Source of the DNA: Raillietiella orientalis
Taxonomy: Eukaryota
Direction: 5' to 3'
NCBI GenBank assembly: GCA_036172245.1
Contig: JAYWIR010000014.1
Coordinates: 3,720,001 to 3,784,000, forward strand
DNA length: 64,000 nt
Positions 41,501 to 52,700 of the stretch are shown here, piece by piece. The first letter of the stretch is position 1. Every line of letters begins with the position of its first letter. The translations under genes were made by a program, and so were the position numbers. The notes beneath the pieces are model-generated. The model had not been told where the DNA came from. It saw only the letters and a program-made list of their open reading frames with translations, and did not search any database.

Positions 41501-42173
41501 CGTACCGACTACCCCCCATCCCACCCCCATCCCACCCCCACTCCTCCGCAAGGAAAGGAGAGCTTCCGCGGATATTCCTTCACCGCTCCTCTCCCGAAAA
41601 GAGACAAGCGAAACGGGAACTGCCTTGACGATCGCGAGCGCCGGAAGCCTTGGGGACTGCCAGCAAGGAAGGCACGGCAGCCTGCGAGTGGGGAAGCCTG
41701 AAGCAAGCAAGCAGTCAGCCAGCAACCTGCAGCCGTGCAGCTGCTGCGCCTGGCACGGAGAGGTGACCGGGCGCCTCGAAACGCAAGCGCATGTCCACCT
41801 TCTCGCCGAGCTTGTGGCTTTCGCGTCTCTGAAGAGAATGACGCAGAAACGAGGACAGGATGTCTCCATTGATGGGTGTTTCGAAGAGGTGAAGAGCCCT
41901 TCCTATGGGAAGAAGGAAGGAGGGAAGACTTGTCCTCCCAGGTCGCACGCTTGTAGAGCTTTGAGGAGATTGGGGGAGGGAGGGAGGGAGTAGGAGGGAG
42001 ACCGAGCGCACCTCCCTGAACGCCCCTTCGTTGGTCCGCTGCGTCCTGGAAGACGCTGCGTCGAGCCCGACGAAACGTCTTCCAAGTCAACGGAAGCAAC
42101 AGGCCACGCCCGAGCAACAGGGACGGAACATACCTGGAAGCAGCAGCAGGAAGCTCCAGCTGAGGGCCGTCAT
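35550..42173 (-). CDS. Secreted follistatin/Kazal-type multi-domain protein B; exons 42173-42134, 41381-40896, 37727-37509, 36698-36474, 35837-35550; last exon not fixed (candidate ends near 35042)
   Basis: Signal peptide MTALSWSFLLLLPALLWESRPALA. Kazal motifs PVCGTDGRTYDNIC, PICTQSGNTYINKE, EVCGSDGLTYANEC and EVCGSDGRLYRNRC. All introns are phase 1; one has a GC donor. Confidence 0.82.
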
Positions 42174-43398
42174 CGTCTCAACGGAGCGAGCACTGGTTCC
42201 TGGAGGGGCCCTTCCGTTCCGGAGCCGCGCGGGCGCTGCAAGCATTCTTGCGTCCCTCGGTACCATAGTGCGCGCTCACGGCAGGAAAGGGAGGAGGAGA
42301 GGAAAGTGATGAGGAGAGGCAGTTTTCCCGGCAACGGAGGAAGCGGGGCAACGGGAGAGAGGGGGAGAGGGAGAGGGGAAACGAACGGGGAAGGGGGGGG
42401 AAGAGGAGAGAGGTTTGGCGGGAGGTGGCTGCTGACGAGGTCGGCGGCAGAATCCGCTGATGAAGCAGCGGCGCGCTTCCCTGCAGGAAAAGAGGAATCA
42501 TCAAATTTATCTCCCCATCAACCACTCCACCTCTCTCTCTCCCTCTCTCTCTTTCCCTCTGTCTCGTTCCTCCCGGCTCGGTTGCCGAGGCGTGGCAAAG
42601 TTGCCTTCTGTGCATCCTCCTTCAGGGCTGCGACCGGCCATCCCGGTGCAAACTCAGCAGCAGGATTCCTCGAAAACGAGGCAGAGAGCAGAGGAAGTGG
42701 ACAGGGGATCTCCACCGTCCGTTTGCCTGTCCCTCTGCAGGCTCATGGATGCGTCTGAAGGCCCTGAGCGCGCAAGCGCCCACGCGAAGCAGAATTCTCC
42801 ATGGGGCCTGAGTGGGGAGAAAAGGAGACGACGAGGGAGAGCATATGGCGCTGCCGTTTTCTCAGTTTCCTTCCCGAGGAGCTTTCGATCGGTCCACGAG
42901 GAAGGCAGGTAGGCGGTGTTCGGTGGCGTCCGCTTACCCCCAGAGAGAACCATCTCGGATATCAAGGAAGTGAAAGCATCTCCAGAGGCGCGATCCTGGG
43001 GTCTTGAGAGATCTCTCAGCGCACCTTTGGCCGGTCCTCTTCCTTTTCCTCTTTCTGTCTCTCTCTTCCCGCCTCCATCCGATCGGATCCGACGGAGAGA
43101 CCGAGAGGTGATGGGGAGGAGATGCTGGTGCACCCTTGGGCGCAACCTCCGGGTGGCGAAAACGGAAAAGACGGTCCTGAAGAGGAGAGAAAACGGGAAA
43201 GAGAACTGCATCCATTGGCCACAAATGGGGACAGTTGCCCATCCACCTGCTCACGACGTCTCCACCTGGGTGCAGGCAGACATATACCATACTGTCGTCG
43301 AGGGGACGCGAGGGCTGGGAGGAGGAGGGCAATGGAGCTCCTCCCCCTGCGAAACGACGAAGGAAGATCACGCAAAGACCTGCTGAAGCTGCGAGGCT

Positions 43399-43404
43399 TT
43401 TATT
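43399..43404 (-). promoter_or_regulatory. Polyadenylation signal of Kazal gene A
   Basis: AATAAA about 27 nt downstream of the TGA at 43433-43431. Confidence 0.55.
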
Positions 43405-43430
43405 GTCTCTCCATCCATGCTGCCGTCTCT

Positions 43431-46400
43431 TCACCCCCGGCCTACGAGCGATCTCCTGGCAAGCTGGGGGCAGTAGAGGGTGGACACGGGGTAGATAGGG
43501 ATGCGCCTCCGGCAGGCCTCCGAGCGGATCTCGTCCTCGTTCTTGTACAGGTTCCCGTCGATCCCGCAGACCACACTTGAGTCGCTGACGTCACTGCTGC
43601 CGACGCTGCCGCCGACGCTATTAGCGGTGCCGACGCCGCTGCTGCCGATGCTGTTAGCGGTGCCGACGCCGCTGTCGCCGATGCTGTTAGCGGTGCCGAC
43701 GCCGCTGTCGCCGACTCCATATTCAGTTTCGTCATATCCGCTGCTGTCATATGGGCCGCCGTATCCGACACCAGAGTATCCGCTTCCATATCCGCTGCTG
43801 CCGTATTCGCCGACAGGTGTGTGTCCACCGGGCGCGTCCGTTCCTGGGTAGCAGGAACAGCCGAACGAGTGGCAGAACCCATAGTAGGGGCAGCCTGCCG
43901 TGGCACAGTTGCGCTCTATGGTAAGGGAGGGGAGAGAAAAGAGGAGACACGTGAGTCAGTGGCTGCGGAGGCTGCGCGTTTCATCCCTTAGCCCTCCTCA
44001 TCAGCTTCTTGAGCAGCAGACGCTCTTCCTTCCTCCCTGACCCTTCCTGCCATCCCTCCACCTGCCTGGAATTGCCGGAGGGGGTTTGCACAGGATCCCC
44101 TGGATTCGAGGATTCCTCCCCTTAGTCGAGGTATCCCTCTCCTCTCCCTAGGGAGAGTTTGCCAGGCATCTGGACGCGTGGGTCTGGCGATTCTCCGGTT
44201 TTGCTATTGGCGCAAAAGCCACCAACTTATAGTGATGCCGAGGAGCACTCTCTAGTGGTAGTGGTGGCCGCGGAGGGTGTGGGTGGCAGACCACCGCAAC
44301 CCATCCCTGCCGCGCCGAAGATACTTCAGTCGGTCTCCGCGCAAAGTTGAAGGCGCTCCCTCCAGAAGGAGCTTATCCTCCTCCTTCCCTGCTCTTATTC
44401 TCCCCCTCCCTCCCTTTCCGCTCCTCACCTTTCCTCCGCGCGCACTCAGTCTTCACCCCACCTTCGCGCCCGCGATTTCTGCCCTGCCGTCCCGAGAGCT
44501 TCCGAGTAGTCTCACCAGGAGACTCCAATGAAGGCGTCGGCGTTCCTTCTCGCGCCACCGAGTACGCGCCACCGCCACCACTCACGCGTGGAGTGGGGGC
44601 AATAAAGTTGCAGCATCAGCTCTGGTTCTCCCCCTTCGATAGGAGAGGGGTCCAGTCCCCAGAAGGATGCGCGGACAGCTCTAGCCCCGCGATTTTGCTC
44701 TCACTGGAGATGTCTATGCCTTGCGAGTTCGTCCATCTGGTCCCCTCCGCTTCTTTCATCGTGACCGGTGGACGGAGAGCTCGGAGAAGAGGAAGAGATG
44801 AATCGAACAAGAGGCGGAAGAAAGGAAGTAGGGAAGGAGGAGGGACGGAGTAGGAGTGGACAGAGGGAAAGTGGGTTGCGGGAAAACGCAAACACAAGGA
44901 GGGAAGAGCCAGCGTCCCCTCAGGCCGGTGTCACCTTCGAACAATGCGCTCAGAGGCGATGGCATCCAGGTTCCCACTCTTCAGTGATCCTCCTGCCGGA
45001 GTGCAGGGAAAAACTTCCTGCTAAGAAGCTGCTCTTGTGAGGCGAGGGACTCCTCGTCGACCGGCGGTAAGAGGAAGCCTGACCTCTAATAGGGACCTTC
45101 CCCGATCTTTCCCGACCCTGGAGAGCTTCCCTGAGACAGGAGGGAGCCTCCTGCCGAGGGGACCGGAGGGGACGATCACATTTGCGATGAAGGCACGACC
45201 TCTCAGGCGCGCGGAGCCTCGGCTGCGGCGGAGGTGGCTCCTTGCCGCCCACCCGAGGGGAGACTCCCTGAGCACTCCTGGGCTCCCGTCTTCCTCAGTG
45301 TTACCTGGAAGGCCGCTCGACAGTTCCGGCTCCCCTCCGAACATGCACTGCCAGGCCCCCAGGAAGCAGCCGTTGGAGTAGGTGAAGTTGTCCAGACCCA
45401 AGACAGGCGAGTAGCCCTCGAAGCAGACCTTTGTACACTGGCAGGTCACGTGACTGGAGGAGACGGCGATGCACGTGGAGAACAAGGGGCACTTGAGCCC
45501 CCTGCACTGGAGCAGGGTGCCAGCTGGAATAGAGAAGACAGCGTTCTCCTCCCGGTGACTGCGCGGAAGGACCAGAGGCCCTCCTTGCGGCCCGAGAGAT
45601 CCTCCCCCTCACCTCCGTAATCGCAGAGTCCGAAAATGGAAGGCTTCACCTCGGCGTTGGACGAGCAGGCAGACCTCTCCAGCCAGCACTTATTCTGGAA
45701 GGTCACGCGGTTGCTGGAGCACACGGGGTAGAACTCGTAGCCACAATCTGGACACACGCACTGGCACTGGGTCTCCCTCTGGAGGCGAGGGACCAGAGGG
45801 TACGGACACGCCGGAGACCCGTTGGGCGCCTCGAAGACCTTGCAGTGGGCTTCACGGGACGGGAAGAGGTCACATCAGCGGAGGGGACGGAACAGAAGAA
45901 GGGAAAAGAGAGAGAGAGAGAGAACAGGCAGTAGGAGGTGGTGGAGGATAGGCGGCACCAACCGTCTTCCACGCATCTCCCGTAGTACTGAAGCTTGATG
46001 TCGATGAAGGTGTTGCAGGACTCGTCCTGCATCTTGCAAATGTTGCTGTAGGACTTCCCGTTGTTTCCGCAGACGGGGACGTCCTCGTTGACCGAGATGG
46101 TGCACTCGATGCAACTGCACGTGGTGCAGACGCCGTCCTTCGTCTGTATGGGGGTAATCACCCGGTTCGGAGGGCAGGTGTAGTCGCAGGACAGGACGGG
46201 GAACTCTGTGGGAGCACGGAGGAGGGAGAGGGGAAAGAAGAGAATAACCACCTCTGGGCAGGTAGCTTCGGGACAGGCGGAGCGGGGAAGGAGAGTAGGT
46301 TCGGTCGCACGTGAGGCGACCTGCCTTTCTCTCCCTGGGGCGAGAAGCGAACCGGGAGGGCAGGAAAGGGAAGCGATGAAGAAGCAGGCGGGCGCGGGTC

Positions 46401-47804
46401 TTCGCGTGTGCCTTCAGACATACGCCCCTATTTTCCTCTCACAGGGTCGATGACGTGAGAGGGCGGTGACCAGAGGAGCCGGAATCGTCTCGAGCTGCGG
46501 TCCGAATGTCCCTTACCTCTTCCCCACTCTATGCAGCAGGCAGACAGGCGGGCGGATGGGCAAGTCAGGTTCGCGATTCCTCTGTTGGATGGCGCGCGCG
46601 AGCGTGCACCGCCCATCCTCGGGGCGCGAGCGCCCCCTGTCTCTCCATGAGCCAGAGGGTCCGACTCCATCCCTTCAGCCTCCTTCCTCGCCTGCCGTGA
46701 TCTCACCCTTCCCTCTCACCGCTTCTCTCCCGAGGACGCGCCCAGGGTCTCCTGGAGGCAGAGGAAACGAGAACCCGGAACCCGATCCGCGCGGAAAATG
46801 GGGTCGCGCTCTTCCCCTCCGGCGAAGAAGCCTCCCCTTCCCTGTCGGGCAGCTCTCGGCCTCCAGCAGAGGCACCGGCGCGCACGTCGGGAGGATAGGA
46901 GTGGGAGTCAGCGTTACCGTTGTACAGCGACCTCTTGTTGCCCTCCGAGTCGAACACCACCGTGCAGATGATCTTGGTCGACCTCTGCGGGTTGCACTTA
47001 AAGTTCAGGATGGAGAGGTTGGCGTTGCCGATCTCGCAGGGGTCCGAGAGCTGGGGGATGCCCTTTTCGTCCCCCTCGCAAGGAACACCTGAAACGCGGC
47101 GATCAGCTTGAGAGAGAACTGGAGGGGGGAAGGTAGAAACGTAGGAAGGGGCCGAGGCAGAGGACGGTCGAGGCCTCGCCACTGGAGCGACCCGGAAATC
47201 ATTCTCTCCCTCCTCCTTCCTCCATCCCTGAGAATCCCCGAGCCGCCGCTGCGGAACTGAAGGGTCAATCGACCGGCGAAGAAAAAACCCATCCCGGCAG
47301 GGTGTGGGTGGGATGAGGAAGGAAGGAAGGGGGGAGGGGAAGAAGAGACCTCGAGGTTAGAGAGACACTCGTCCCGCCGGCAGCGTTCTCCTCTGTCCGA
47401 GGAACGAGTCGTGCATCCTCCCCTCCCCTTCCCCTACCTCCAGACTCTCACGCGCCCACGCTCCGCCTCACGGTGGCGGGGTCTATGGGGAGATTCGCGC
47501 GCGCACCTCGAAGAGGAAAGAGGAAAAGCGTAAGGGCGGAAGGCGAGGGAGAGTCCTTGCCCTCCGCCCTCTTTCCTTGCGCACCCTTGCTCCAGGCTCC
47601 CGAGTGCGCGGCTCCGGGGTCGCAGGGAAGAGGATGGGAATTGGGGAGGGGGGGAGGAGGAGGGGGAGGAGGGAGGGAGAGACGAAGAGAGAGGGGAGTG
47701 GGTTTCTCTTCCGCTCATCCTCCTCCCAAACACGCGATCATCTACTCACATCTTTGTAAGAGCAGACCGATTCCGAGTTTCCATAGGAACGCCGCCATCT
47801 CCAT
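43431..47804 (-). CDS. Secreted follistatin/Kazal-type multi-domain protein A; exons 47804-47750, 47088-46918, 46205-45963, 45849-45613, 45523-45305, 43915-43431
   Basis: Signal-like MEMAAFLWKLGIGLLLQRCVPCEG. Kazal motifs PVCGNNGKSYSNIC, PVCSSNRVTFQNKC, PVLGLDNFTYSNGC and VVCGIDGNLYKNED. All introns are phase-1 GT-AG. Ends in TGA followed by AATAAA. Confidence 0.82.
43614..43712 (-). repeat. Coding 33-bp tandem repeat x3 (GDSGVGTANSI, GDSGVGTANSI, GSSGVGTANSV)
   Basis: Three near-identical units of GGCGACAGCGGCGTCGGCACCGCTAACAGCATC in the last exon of Kazal gene A. Confidence 0.92.
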
Positions 47805-49213
47805 CTTCCCATTACGGGTCCTCTGCTGGGGAAAAATTTCGCCAATCCGAGACTTTTTTCCTCCTTCCTCCCCGCTGCAGGAACGCGGGAGCGCGCGGGA
47901 GCCCACCCGCTTCGGCATCGTCAGCTGGTGCGCGCGAATTACAAGCTGACACATAGGAAGGAGAGGGGAACTGAGGGAGGGGGGAGGCGGGGAGGCGAAC
48001 GGAGAAAGGCCATCGCCCCCTCCCTCGGTGTTGACCTCGAAAGCTACTCTTGCCGCAAGCTCCTGCCTCCGCTTCTCGCTAGGATGGCCGAGGTGGTAGG
48101 ATGGCCCGAAGTCGTAATGGTAGTGGTAGCTGGTGGAGGGGGGCATCAGGAGTAGGGGAGGTGGCGCGAGTGCAGCCGCGCCCGGAGACTAAGTGGGAGA
48201 GGCAACAAGGAGAAAGTGCTGCACACCTTCCGTGGCTAAAGAGTAAAGAAGGCAGGGCTGAGTCCTGCCCCCCCTCTCTTCCTCCGAGGTGTGTACGGAG
48301 AAACCAAGCGCGTACCAAAGGGGCTGAGGTCTCCTGCTTGCCAATGCGCGACGCTTCCGGAGCAGCGCCCCAAGGGACCCACTCCATCCATCAGGCAGGA
48401 GTTGGAGCCTCCTGTCCACCCACCCGGCTGAGCGAAGGACCCGGATGGCCTTGCTGTCCTTTTCCTTTCGGCATCCATCTCGTTCCTGGGCCTCTCTACT
48501 GTCCCGCTACAGGAGTGTCATCTCCACCGGGGTGTGATGAGTGTGGTGTGCTGCCGACTCCTCCGCGTCCACACTCCCTGTCCTCCCTTAGTACGGATGG
48601 CAATGAGACAGGACGAGTCTCGGTCGAGAGCGCCTCAGGACCCCTGTATCCTCGTCCACCCAATTTTTCTTCTGGTAGAGATTTTATACGGCCCCTCGGA
48701 GAGCGGCGGGAGCCACCAAAATGCCCGCCTTGCTTCCTTTCTGGCACCCTTTGCGGTGTCCTCTCCACTGAGGACCTCGGAGACCCGTCCCTTTGACCGA
48801 CTCCGGCGACCGCATTCTAATTAGGTGTATTACGCCTGGCATGTACTGAATGTGAATATTGGTATAATGAATCTGTACAATGGCATCGGATTCACGGGAA
48901 TTTATTGGCATGTACTGACCTCGGAAGTCAATACATGGGAGCATTGCTGAATCTGAGCAGCATCTTCGGTTCCAGAAGCAGCCTCTGGACCTCTAGATCG
49001 CCGGTCCCGGTAGGGGGTAGGCGAATCAGGAGTGAGGCTCCTGGAGGTGCCCCGGGAAAGCAGTCCATCAGCTCGGGGAGGCTCTGGCCAGCGTTCCCAT
49101 GCTACAGACTGATCTGGGGACGCCCGCAGCCCGCATACACGAGCTGGGAGCTGTTGCCCTCATGTGGCTGCAGACTGCACCTCAGAAGGTACTCGCTGGT
49201 GCCAAGAACTCGT

Positions 49214-51372
49214 CGTGGCGGCAGCGGTCTCCGAGTGTGGTGCCAGGCGTTGCGAGTTCGAATCCCGCCAGGGGAAGGATCTCACCGAGCGTTGTGGGTT
49301 TTTCGAGTCCTCCCCCCAGCAGGATGACTCTGATTGGCCAACAGGCTTTGAGCGCGGTACTGGTGGAATCCGGATGCCCCTGTTGACTGTTAGGACTGGA
49401 CCCTGTTCTGGACCCTCCGGGATGCTTCCAGGGATCAAAAAGCCCTTCGGGGTTCCCCTTCGATTGTGAAAATGGGGTCCTTTGACGCGTATCATGGGGG
49501 TGGTTCATACCCCCTTCGGGGGTTGCCTCTCCAGAGTGTAAAAAGAGCACCGCTTCCTTTGGGGAGCACCCTTCAGGGAAATTTGCAAGCGTCGCTTCGG
49601 GAGTCGCTTCAGAGGAGGAAACAAAGAGCAGTCCCCTTGTAGGTTCCCTCTGGAGAAGAAATAATGGAGCGGACCCCTTCGGGGTTCCCTTAGGAGACCA
49701 CTCCTCCCCCTAAAGCGGCCGAAGTCGGCAATTCTTCTGCTGTTGCACCGGGGTCTCCCCTGCAACGTCCGTCGACACCACTGGACATTGGAGAGGGCGA
49801 GCTCGGACTGTCGCAGGTGCGGGACAGAACGGGAATCTCTCCCTCACCTGCTAGTGGACCGTGTTGCCCTCCGGCCCCTACATGAACGATCCTCCGGATC
49901 TAGGTTGGCCCTTCCCCCAGCCCGCGTCGGAGGCTTTGTGGTTAAGGCTTCCGCGTGTGGCACCATGCGTCGCGGGTTCGAATACTTCGGCAGAAACTGA
50001 CGCCACTGCGTCGTTGGGTTCCGGGTTTCTCCTGCAATGGCGCTGGTTAGCCGAGAAATTCGGGCGTGGCACCGGCGGTGGTTTAAGCCGGAGGCCCCCC
50101 ATGAAGGCCGGAAAATGGGAGTCGTCCTTCGGGTCCTCCCAGGAATAAAGGAGTGGGGAGTCCCCCCTCCGGTTGTGCAACGGAGAGAGGACCCCCGTCA
50201 CCGGGGGACTCCTCCGGTTTCAAGATGGAGCAGGAGCCCTCACGGGCACCTCTCCAGTTGTTCAAGGGAGCGGACCCCTTCTGTTGCGGGGTCCCTCCGA
50301 GTCGTCCCCTCTTCACAGAGTGCACAAGGAACCAAGCGAGAGCGATTCCTTGCGGGAAGCTGCAGCGCCTCTTCTGAGTTTCGGAAGCGTCCCTTCGGGG
50401 TTCTCTTCAGAGGAGTGAACAGGAGTGGTTCCCTTGTGGGTTCCTTCCGGAGAAGAAATTCCTACAAGCGGATCCTTCCCGGATTTCCTTTGGAGCAGAT
50501 GAAATGGAGAGGACCACCCCCCTCTTAGGGGGGTGTCCCTCCGGAAAGAATGAGGAAGGAGATTCCCTTCAGGGTTCCCCTTCGAAGACAAACGGGGTGG
50601 GAGGTGTGATCCTCTCCCCTGCGGGGGGATACCTCCCCAAGCGTGAGAGGGACGGACTCCGAGCCTTCCTGGATTCATAGCGCGGAACCCCTCTTCCGGG
50701 GTGCTTCTCTATCTTGAAGAATCTCTTCGTGCGGGATGCCCTGCAGCCAGTCTCAGCCCCAGCAGCGCTTTGCTGCATCCGCGGGATTGCGGCCGCGGTC
50801 TGGAGCGAAGCCGACAGAGAAAGAAACGGGAAGGACGCCGTCTGGTTTGGGGTTCGCTTCCTGCGGATGGCGGCCAGGTGGCCCCACCTGGGACCTATTT
50901 GGACGGACCTAGCCGGAATTCCGGGAAGGATGCAGACTCCTTCCAGTGGATGGTGATCTCTTCCCGACATTCCAAGAGAAATTCCAAGAGAGGGTCCTTC
51001 CCAAGTTCCCTTCGGAGGAGAAGTGGGGAGCAGCCCCACAAACCAAGGACTCCCTCCGGAGAGAATCAAGAAGAGGATCCCCTCGGGGTCCTCTTCGGAG
51101 ATAACCGGGGCGACTGCTCCTTTCGGGGTTCCCTCCTGAGCGTGAGAGAGAACGGACTCTCCTTCCTCCGGAGCCCTTCCTAGATTCATAGGGTGGTCCC
51201 TCCGAGTTTATACCCCCTATAAATTGAAGAGTGACACGCACCTTCGGGCGGTATGGACAGTGTCAAAGAGCTTCGTGAGCTCTCCCTAAGGAGGCGGACG
51301 GTTCTTCAGCACTCTTTGAGAACCATTAGAAAACAGGAAAAAAATGTGGGGTCGTAAATCAATAAATTAATA
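49214..51372 (+). mobile_element. Older, diverged member(s) of the same SINE family: head and body ~49214-49750, 3' part and tail ~50940-51372, flanking the younger copy
   Basis: Diverged head ccgagtgtggtgccaggcgttgcgagttcgaatcc with B box. Repeated cccttcggggtt modules. The 3' segment gagcccttcctagattcatagggtgg and the tail tggggtcgtaaatcaataaattaataaa match the 3' end of the 28509-29362 copy. Confidence 0.6.
49920..50720 (+). mobile_element. Second copy of the tRNA-derived SINE, with extra internal modules and apparently 3'-truncated
   Basis: Starts at the same nucleotide (GCCCGCG) as the 29362 copy. The ~75-nt head is nearly identical and the body is collinear to about 50410 and again at ~50585-50720. 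Confidence 0.85.
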
Positions 51373-51399
51373 AACCGCTTCTGCGCCGAGAAGGTCACG

Positions 51400-52700
51400 C
51401 CGGCGCAATGCACATGTGTTTCGCGGGTACTCCCGCGGTCTTTCTACCATCACTTCATTCTGGAGATCAGCGAAGTTGGCCCATCTTCCTGGTGATACTT
51501 GGGGGGTGAAGAAAGACTCCACCCGCATCCCTCGGAAGGGAGAATGTGGAGATCTCTCGGGAAACTCCAGAGCGTGCAGGGGTTCTGGTGCGCTTCGACA
51601 GAGTTTACGGCGGAAGTCTGCATCCACTTCCTCGTATCACCCTTGCAAGGGGAAGTGACGAACGGGGCGTATACCTTATGAACCGATGCGATTTGCTCGT
51701 GTTCAGGCATCAGTGGATTCCTGCAGCCCGTGCGCTGTGGTTGGTGGACCTGCAGGAAACCAGAAGATCCTCCTCCAATAAGTAGCCACCTGAAGCAGAG
51801 GAAAGTCTTGCTTCGGTATGAGGAGGCTGCACGGAATTAGGGACATCAGCCTCTCGCAGCTGACATCACGTGGCACATCATCACTGATGTTGATTGCACC
51901 TCTGGCATCTGCAGCTCAGAATCAGTCCAGCATCCCGACGTGGGATCACAATCTCGATGGATCCGTACTCTTTAAACTGGATCTTTGGCCTTCCGGACCC
52001 CCACAGGGCTTACTGTAGCAGGTCATCGGCCCTTCCCTTCGCCGAGTAGGTTTCGGAGGAGAAACAGGAAGCGAGTGTCAGAGGAAAGAGGCAAGACCGT
52101 CACTTCTGTTCGCGCACAAAAGTCCCATGGGTACATCGAAGTGCCCCGAGGTTCTGCTCACGGAGGTCCCAGGCGGATCCATCTGACCGCCCCCTTAACG
52201 AAGCTCCTACGGGAAGGAGTTCCGACCCCTTATTGGCACGCGTGTCCGTTCCTCTGCAGATCAACACGGATCAGCTGAATTCCTCGTGCGGTGCCTTCGG
52301 AGTGGACGGAGACAAGAGGAGATTATTGGCCTAAGCTGCCATGACGGAAGTGCAGGGACAGTAGCTAAGACAGGGTTGCCAGAGTTTTTTTTCCTATAGG
52401 CGCTCAGCACCATCTCCAGCGAGACGCTGAACAACGCGGGACTCGGACCATCCCCTTGCCTGATCTCTCTTCGCGCCGGCACGCCGTACAATTGGCGACC
52501 TCTGGAAGAGATGTCGACTAGCGCGTTGCGCCGAAGCGCACCCACGCGGACAAGCGATTTCGGATGCCTTCACCTCCTGTCCAACGGCAAGGTGGTCGGC
52601 AAGCCAACTGTGCCATCAACTCCGTATCTTGATATCATTCTACGAAGTCACAAGGCACAAGAACCCATAGGAAGCGGGAAGAAATTGCGCAAGAGCTCTC
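51400..52700 (-). mobile_element. Decayed LINE reverse transcriptase fragment (RTE-like)
   Basis: The minus frame 52545-52261 contains REIRQGDGPSPALFSVSLEMVL, matching the RT motif GxRQGDxLSPxLFxxxLE. The rest is frame-broken; extent approximate. Confidence 0.55.

Noticed and set aside
43614..43712. CRISPR-like array
   Set aside because: The units are contiguous with no spacers, are in-frame coding, and lie in a eukaryotic gene.
43442..43906. Ala-rich (-) and Leu/Pro-rich (+, 43501-43851) repeat ORFs
   Set aside because: Shadow frames of the Gly/Ser repeat exon of Kazal gene A.
43965..44010. CTGATGAG...GAAAC on the minus strand as a hammerhead ribozyme core
   Set aside because: The intervening sequence cannot form stem II, and no stems I/III are evident.
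49920..49995. Functional tRNA gene (also 29290-29362)
   Set aside because: The acceptor stem does not pair, and the head is embedded in a long repeated body; the 29-kb copy has a TSD and tail, so it is a SINE head.
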